DNA from: Amoebidium appalachense
Taxonomy: Eukaryota; Protista; Ichthyosporea
Direction of reading: 5' to 3'
NCBI GenBank assembly: GCA_963693365.1
Contig: CAVNZM010000012.1
Coordinates: forward strand, 3,958,409-4,022,408
DNA length: 64,000 nucleotides
In this document: positions 56,318 through 64,000 of the stretch, in pieces
Layout of the letters: every line of letters starts with the position of its first letter
Numbering within the stretch: the stretch's first letter is position 1
Made by a program: the position numbers and the translations under genes
The notes under the pieces: model-generated
The model's database searches: none
The model's input: the letters and a program-made list of their open reading frames with translations, nothing else
What the model was told of the DNA's origin: nothing

Positions 56318-57363
56318 GACTGGGAGGGAAGGGCAGAGGAAGGCGCAGAGTAGAAAGTGACCAATACCGTAAAGTTTCATATTTTGAGCGACTACCGGCA
56401 GGGACAGAGTCGGCATAGATGGCAAACAGGGGGGGACCAAGCACCCCAGTAGACACCAAACACAGCCAACCCCACCGTGAGAACGATGTAGTTCTGCTGC
56501 CATGTTGGGAATGGCTGGCACAGACCGAGGATGGTCAAAGCGACACTCACGAGACCAATGACACCGCTCCATCTCAGAACGGTGTCACGGCGGGACCGGT
56601 CGGCAAGAATACCTGTTAGGAAAAAAAGACCTTTGTATTATTTCATGTGTACATTTGTTATAACTAGAAACGGTGCAGGACGGGTGATGTGCCATGTTTT
56701 TTTCCCAAAAAAAGGAGGGGGGGAGGGGGGAGGGGGGAGGGAAGGGGAGGCCCGATAAAGCGACATGGAAGGGATGGACGGAAGGTGTTAAAATTGACAA
56801 AAAATATTCTTTGATGTCAACAAGCATCTCGCTCCCCTCCCAATCTCCCCGCTCCCTCCCCCCCCCACTCCCCCCCCCCCCCCCCCCCCCCCGCGCGCCC
56901 CCCCGTCCTCCCCACCTGCCTGTCACCATGCACCCACCCACACACGAAAACGTTCATCTTTTCTATCCTGGTTCCCTTCAGCACCAACTCCTCAGCCCTT
57001 GATGCTCAGCAGTTCCCCTCCTCTCCTGCGTCGCTCCAATCTCTCCCTCGCCCCTCCCCCCGTCCCTCCCCCCTCCCCCCCTCCCCCCCCTCCCCCTTCG
57101 CCCGCCCTGCCCTACCACCACCACCACACCACCCCACAAAGCCACCACCACCACACATGCAAACACGTCATACCAGCAGGAATGGCAGCGATCGCCTGTG
57201 CCGTTCCCTGTATGCCCTCAGCATACCCTGCGTGCTTGTTGTCCCCACACAGCTTGTACAGGTAAGGGCCAAGCACGGCATAGTTCCACATGCCCATGGC
57301 CAAGCCATCAAGCAGGGTGAAGTAGTTGGTCAGCGCAACATTGTGGTTTGTCTCTTTGCCCAT
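49752..57363 (-). CDS. Major facilitator superfamily transporter; exons 57363-57174, 56612-56368, 55194-55005, 53135-52934, 50994-50843, 50207-49752
   Basis: Many hydrophobic helices; MFS motif A-like GILADRSRRD; GMTIKFFPIYF; RGKWNSIDSVAAFGWSGSAVVGGLLVDNYGF; GT-AG junctions. One apparent indel in a G7 run at 56429-56435. Confidence 0.85.
51095..52888 (-). repeat. Cluster of the intronic repeat family, including head-to-tail units of 399 and 459 bp (MFS intron 4)
   Basis: TTTGAATGCGG (3' end on minus strand) at 51960, 52359, 52818; further copies ending near 51095 and 51783. Confidence 0.9.
53283..53677. repeat. 55-bp tandem repeat, ~7 copies
   Basis: GTGTGTGAAGGGTTTAGTATGGTTTTATCATGGTTAGTGTATTGTAAAGGGTATT repeated. 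Confidence 0.95.
53740..53812 (-). tRNA. tRNA-Ala (anticodon AGC)
   Basis: GGGGGTGTAGCTCAGATGGTAGAGCGCTCGCTTAGCATGCGAGAGGCACGGGGATCGATACCCCGCACCTCCA: full cloverleaf, G3:U70 pair, T8 Pol III terminator directly downstream. Confidence 0.97.
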
Positions 57364-58136
57364 CTTCGAGTGCTTGGATGACCTTTGTCACTCAGAATGT
57401 GGGTGGATTATTTATAGAAGAGATAAACTAGATTGGATGAGATTGGTGACCTACTCCTCAGCCTTGCATCCCGCGTCAAGAACGTGTAAATCACAATTAG
57501 TTTGAACTGAAAAAAGGCAAATATACCACGTAAACGTCCTTCTGGTATTAAATATCCTGCAAAATGAAGGTTACCGTTCTAACGATGTTTGGCAACGTTC
57601 CCAGCCCTTCACCTTGGAGTGCGTCAAGGCCCGTTTTCATGTTTTCAAGCGCATCATTGATGATTGATGGCGGCGCTAATCTTATTCAAAACAAACACAG
57701 GGTTAGTCTAAAGTGGCAGACGCCAAAAGTAAATATCACATGAGTTGGGGCATGTGTCATGCGCGGCACGGGCGCCGCACGCCGCGGCGGCGCAGGCCAA
57801 GATATTGGACTGTACTAAAGATTGTGGCTCATCATTCCTGCCCCGTATTTTTGCTGATAGTTGAAACACCAGAAAAAACTGAAAGCGTACGCACTACTAG
57901 ATAGTATATTAGGCCTTCAAACTCTTTGAATATCGAAGGACTGAAACAACCCCTAGTAAGATCGCTGGCCCGGCCTATTATTAGACATTTGTATCACGCA
58001 CCGACAGACTAAGCCATTGGGTCAATATGACCCTAAAAAGTCTCAAGGTGCGCGCTAAGTATTGGCTGATTGATTTCTGCGCAAAACTTGCGCAAAAAGT
58101 ATGAGAAAGGATGATGTCCCATGACCCAATCAAAAT

Positions 58137-59133
58137 TTGCGAGTCACTTTTAAAGACACACCCCTCCATCCTTCTATTAGACTTACATTTATTCGCACTT
58201 TTGTCTTCCCGGCATGTGAATATGGTTTACCCCTTCTCGCCGCTTGGATCAAGAAAGAGAGAACTAGAGCGCTTAAACCCTTGGCAAATTTCCTTGAAGC
58301 AGAAGTTGCCTCCTTTCTATCTAACAACTGTTGTAAACCTGGGCCTGTAACGCTCTCGATATATGGTCTGGTCCCAATAGCTGCTAGAGTATCCTATCTC
58401 GCGCTGAAATTCAATAAGCACATAAGCCGCTTAAAGAAGTATTTGCCCTCCCACCCTCTCTTCTCTATCCGACCTGTCCCCTCCTCACCTCTCCCCTCTT
58501 TCCTCCCCTCTCTCTCCCCTTCTCCCCTGGGCACAAATACAAATAAACCCCGCAATAGTGTGTGTGTGACTTTGGACTGCCACTTACTTATTAAACATGT
58601 ACACAATCACAAGATAATCACGCAATATAACAAATGGAAAAAGATACCAAACGACACTAGACCCGATGAAAGCATACACCTTGAAAAACTAAGCCTTATG
58701 TCTCGTTTTATATATACTGACCGCCTCAACCATATTGCCAAATATGGCACTCGCAAGTGTATAACACCTAAATACATATTACCTTCCTGTAGAACTGGTC
58801 TTTCTCTAGCTGATGGTATTATTGATCAATTACCACGCTTTTACTGTACACGTGCTATACAGTGGAGATCTAATAAGTATAAGGTGGCATCATTTGCATG
58901 CCCAAACAACACACACACACACCAGTTTAACCGGTCATGTATCGCCAAATGTAGTTTGATAGACCACATAATACCGCAACACACACACGTCACATTCACA
59001 ACAGACACCCAGAAAGATAGCCTACCTGTAAATTACAACATCCTTGATTTTATACTAAACACGCGTAACTACGACCTGTTTATTAGATGTATTGATTGGC
59101 TTGAGAAACACATCACTACAAAATTATAGCGCA

Positions 59134-59202
<69 letters not shown>

Positions 59203-59234
59203 CCAGCTGATACCGAGTGTCCCGAGGGGAGCCC

Positions 59235-59275
<41 letters not shown>

Positions 59276-59458
59276 GGGGAACCCCAACTAATTGATTTCT
59301 CCTTGTAGTCTTTATGGTGTCTCGTAGAGAAAGTAAACCCTGATATATAGTCACCACCCGACATCTATGTACGTGATCATGATATACCGCTGAGGGGATA
59401 TTCCGAGCAAAACCCCCCCCCCCATACCTGAGACTGGTTCTCTTTGCCTCGAGTAAAC
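58137..59458 (+). mobile_element. 5'-truncated non-LTR retrotransposon: RT thumb plus Cys-rich C-terminus (ORF to 59129) and 3' tail
   Basis: FIRTFVFPACEYGLPLL (LINE RT thumb-like); AIQWRSNK..C..FNRSCIAKC..NILDFILN; second copy at 33015-33725. Confidence 0.8.
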
Positions 59459-59589
59459 AGCGTAAACCCCCGAGTCACTTCGAATTACTTTTTACGCATC
59501 CCATAAATTGTTGGCTTTATAATCTTGTAAATACAAACTTAACCATAACATAAACCCCCTTTTAGCTTTATATGGTGATAAATTCCATG

Positions 59590-60746
59590 GCCGGCCTTCC
59601 TATTCCTGTTCAGAGCACCTATGACTATTTGGGTATTCCTTTTACTGCACGGGGTATTGATTTCCGCAAGCTCCTCACAGCACGGATCGCTCGTGCGAAG
59701 GGTAAGCTTCACATCGTGTCAAATATGTTTCAACAGGAGTCTGTGATCCATCCTGCGAACCTTCTTCTCTACTATAAAACTTTTTTACGGCCGTCTTTCG
59801 AATATGGACTTCCGCTATTGGCCTGCGCCCCACCTCGCGAGGCGGCAATGGCGCTGAACGAGTTCGACGATTTTCAGGGTACTGCGCTACGCACTTTGTT
59901 TCGTACTCGGTTTGTGCCTCCCTTAATCAGTATGTTTGGTTTGTCGTCTGCTGTTTGTCGTATGGAGGAATTGTCTCTTCGTTTTTGTTTTCATTTAGTT
60001 AGGCTACCTGATGGTCACCCTCTTTATGCTTTCTTTCCCCCCCTCCCTCCATTCCTCTTCCCCCCCGATTCACCAACGCTACTTCTGAATGTCCTCAGCC
60101 TACCCTCTTTCCACCTGATTCTTCCTCTCGCTATCTCACTCCCTCTTTCTTTTCTCTTCCTGTTTTTTCTGCCTTTTCGCGTTATTACCATACGCAGTAT
60201 AAGTTTCTTTCTCGTTCTGATAGAGAAATCAAAGGTAAAACTCAGTCGGCATGTGTTATGTTCCTTAGGCAACACCGTACTGATCATTATCGCTTTTTGG
60301 GAGCTTTGGCAGGATACATTTCTCCTGCTGTACGTATGGATACCACCCTAGTAGATAAGTCTGTATGGTGCTCTGATGTTGATATTGCCTGGGAAGTTGT
60401 GCAGTGGCGCTGTAATTCTTGTTTTCATCGCCGCTGGTGCCACTTTTGTGCTGACCTTTTTAATCGCAAGCATGTTGATAGGTGTGAATTTTTATGTCGC
60501 GTTTTACCTCTTTCCCTCCGGGTATCTGCTACACTAGTTGGCAATGTGTTCACGAACACTTTAGACTTTTTGTTGAATTCTGTTGGTCGTCACATTGAGT
60601 ATTTATATGATTTTCACACAGTGTTCAGGTATCTCAGTATGCACTTGTTACTGGATAACTCGTGAAGTTTTTTTATTGTCTTCTCAGTATGCCGTGCATA
60701 CTTGTCCTATCTTTCCGTCGAATAAATCCAGTCAAAAGAAAAAAAA
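59590..60746 (+). mobile_element. 5'-truncated LINE insertion with poly(A) and 10-bp TSD; frameshifted
   Basis: YDYLGIPF, YYKTFLRPSFEYGL, WRCN..CHFC..FNRKHVDRC..NTLDFLLN; AATAAA at 60721 and A-tail; TSD AAATTCCATG at 59580-59589 and 60747-60756. Confidence 0.9.
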
Positions 60747-61389
60747 AAATTCCATGCTTTTGGTGAATTTCAGCAACAGCACGCAAGATGAAATACAAAT
60801 TTCGGTAAGAGAGCTGCCGTTGTTTACTTTGTGAGCCACTGGTGTCTCAGGCTGGATCCGGAACCCCCAAGGCCTCCTACAGGTAGATGGGGGCCTTGAA
60901 CCGGAACCAGACTGAACCAGACTGGCGGTATATGTTCCGGCCTTCGGTTTTTTCTCCTTTTTTGGGACAGTGTGAAGCCTTGAAGGGTACAAAAGGGGAA
61001 GAGGAAGGACTCCCAGCGGCCACCACACGTGGTATGTTCAGTATAATAGCAAGGCCTTTTCTTTTTTGGGGAGAAACATCGCAGTGATGTTTGAAATTGG
61101 TGAATTGTTTTGGGTGTGCACTGTATTGCTAAGACTTTTGAAGAATTTGCTTGTTGCTTACGAATTTCATCTTTGACGGCGAAACTTTTCTGCATTTGTT
61201 TCCTTGGATAGAAGATATTTTGTGGTTAGAAAACCCGTTTGCAAAATTACCAGTTCGTGTCACACAAAAGTCTAAGGCAGTTCGAGCTCTATTGTAGTGA
61301 AATAAAGCTGTCATTCTCTGCACCACCCATTCCTCACTAACCTCTTCATGTCTAAATTCTTGTCTCAGTGCCTGTGGTTTGTAGCCACA

Positions 61390-61716
61390 ATGCCTCTCCG
61401 TCCAAAAGGATTGATAACATGGGGCCTCCTGGCGGGGGTTGCCTACCTCGTCTACAGTCGCTTGACAAGAAAGAAGAGTCGTGGAAAGGCACCAGAATCC
61501 TACGCTGGAGAAAGAGATCGGCTTCTAACAAACACCGATGACGTGTACGGTATGAGCATCTCCTACCTATTATTTTGTTTTCATGCCAACCAGCTGTGAA
61601 TTGTAGTCTTTTTTTTTTTTTTTTTTTTTTTTGGGGGGGGGGGGGGGTCCTTTAGCCCTGCTACTCTCCGTGGTCTTGTCTCTATTCTTTCCCTTTTCAA
61701 ACCCCCTCCTCCTTCC

Positions 61717-61780
<64 letters not shown>

Positions 61781-61811
61781 CAGAGAAAAGAAGAGAAAAA
61801 AAAAAAAAAAG

Positions 61812-61852
<41 letters not shown>

Positions 61853-62311
61853 CACTATTCCGCCTGCTACTTCCGCCCCATCATCTCACCATTGTCAGAT
61901 CCCCGTCTTGTTCTACATCAGCTTCCCAGGTTGCCACTTTGCATCCCTTCATGGCCCCTATGTTCCAATCTTACGTACTACATGGTATTTGTAGTACATC
62001 TTGAAAACGGTTTGATATATTACCTGATACCATGCACCAAGTTGCAACCAGCCCCCGCGCTCCCCCTTCTCCCCCCACCCCCCTCCCGTTCCCTTCCCTT
62101 CTTATATCCTGCGTTTTGTATTGGTTGTGCATGTTTAAATATCGTAGGATGCACTTGGAAGCTCCCCCCCCCTCTCCCCTCCCCCCACTCCTACATCCCG
62201 GCCCTCCTGTCTCGCCCCCCCCTCTCCCCCCCCCCCCCCCAAAAAAAAAAAAATGAAAAAATGAAATAAATAATTAATATACACCTACACACGGGTGCAC
62301 ACACACATCCA

Positions 62312-62350
<39 letters not shown>

Positions 62351-62370
62351 CATACGCACCCACGCACGCA

Positions 62371-62423
<53 letters not shown>

Positions 62424-62447
62424 CCCACCTTCTCCTCCCCCCCCCCC

Positions 62448-62482
<35 letters not shown>

Positions 62483-63764
62483 CAATGCAGTTCTTTATGG
62501 GCTCAGCGAGTCGGCGTTCACGCGCAAGGTTGAAGTTGCTCTGCGGTGGTATGGACTCAAGTACGAGTACAAGACATACAGCCTCAGCCTGCGCTCCACA
62601 GTCGGGGTAGGTGATATCCTAAAAACCTAAAAACATCCTCTTTGTGGGGCAAAATCTTATTGTGTGTAATCAATCATCGGGGTGTGGGATAACCTGAAAA
62701 CCTAAAACATCCTGTTTGTACGGCATAATCGTATGTGTTTAGTTAGGGATTTCCGATGTAACTGTTTATTGTAATACCAAGCCTGGCCCACGACGTTTCC
62801 GTTTATGAAATCGTACGGTACGTTATTCTAACACACACACACCCACCCACACACACACACACAAGCACACATATGCAGACACATGTTTTGTATGTATGTA
62901 CACACATTTTATGTATGTATGTATAGAGGTTTGACATGAAAAAACCAGAAATATACACCTACTGAAGGGCATCTGGTCTTGGAAGCTCTATTTTCCTTAG
63001 TTGAATTTCACATACATACGAGCATGGAGTCTTAGGTTCCTTGAGGTGCCTGTAAACGCTCGATTGTGATTGTGGTGTGTGTGTAAAAGGACATGTGTAG
63101 TGTGAAGTAATGGGTATTGGTACATCGTGTATGTGTACTTCGTACTGTGTTCCGCATTCAAACCCCCCCCCCCCCCCCCCCCCCCCCAAGGTGCGTGCCG
63201 GGACCCACCAGCTACCGGTTGTTGTTACCCCCGAAAATTGGGTCCTGTCCGATTCCAGCTGTATCCTTCAAATGCTTGACGGCAGGTGCACCCTCAGGAT
63301 GTACCCCGATGGGCCTCTGGGTGTGCTCGTGCACTGTGTGGAGGTAATTGAAAAAAACCCCACTCCCCCCCCCCCCCCCCTCCAAAATAATAATAATAAT
63401 AATAATAATAATATAAATACTTAAATAAAATAAAAATGGTTGCTTCCATGCTCCCCCCCCCCCCTCCCCCCCAAAAAAAAACAAAACAAAAAAAAAACAT
63501 GCATCTATGCACAAATCAAAATTCCCATATTCCTAACGATGGGCTCTGCATATGATGCATACTCTTTCGGTGTGGTTTGCACTCAGCATTGTGTTGTCTG
63601 TTTTTGATGTGTACTTCGCGCTCGGTAACAAACTCCCTCCCCCCCCCCCCCCCCACACACACACACACCCAGCCACCCACCACAGACACACACACAGACA
63701 CACACACGGCCCAAAGGCAACACCGTCACTACCTCTACTGCTGTGAGTGTGCACACACACACGA

Positions 63765-63810
<46 letters not shown>

Positions 63811-63824
63811 ACACACACACACGT

Positions 63825-63860
<36 letters not shown>

Positions 63861-64000
63861 TATCCTCGTATCTATTCCGTCATCCCCCGACCCAGATATA
63901 CCTATAATCATCAAACCTCGATCCAGCTCACCACCTCATACAGTATGTTGCATTTTCTATGTATTTGTGTCTCCTTTTAACCCTTTTCATGATGCAGGAA
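61390..64000 (+). CDS. Glutathione S-transferase-fold protein with N-terminal membrane anchor (partial); exons 61390-61549, 62491-62606, 63191-63343, next from 63998
   Basis: [26 protein letters not shown]; [25 protein letters not shown] (GST N-domain cis-Pro and DS-like motifs); phases consistent; alternative ATG at 61348. Confidence 0.8.

Overview
Eukaryotic (opisthokont-like) genomic DNA, very rich in (CA)n/(CT)n microsatellites and poly-C/poly-G/poly-A runs; most ORFs in the track are artefacts of these repeats. Spliced host genes: VDAC porin (21001-24692 +, 5 coding exons), CCT2 (36076-47893 +, 14 exons), an MFS transporter (49752-57363 -, 6 exons) with tRNA-Ala(AGC) in one intron, and the 5' part of a GST-fold gene (from 61390 +). 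Mobile DNA: a decayed, intron-containing Dada-type DDE transposase with an embedded DEDDy exonuclease (10559-18246 -), several 3' fragments of a LINE group, and a 3.4 kb TIR-bounded element. Two structures are not explained by these calls. (1) Bases 1-6438 look like a compact linear element: an inverted repeat (1-90/4995-5084, running off the window), three intronless coiled-coil ORFans (two share a 13-bp TATA cassette), a TTAGGG-containing 22-bp array between convergent genes, 92-bp subterminal repeats, and a 391-bp GC-rich palindrome resembling an opened hairpin telomere. (2) A structured repeat family, mostly ending in poly(C), occurs only in introns, always sense to the host gene (9 introns, 4 genes). 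All family assignments come from motif recognition by eye; no searches were run.
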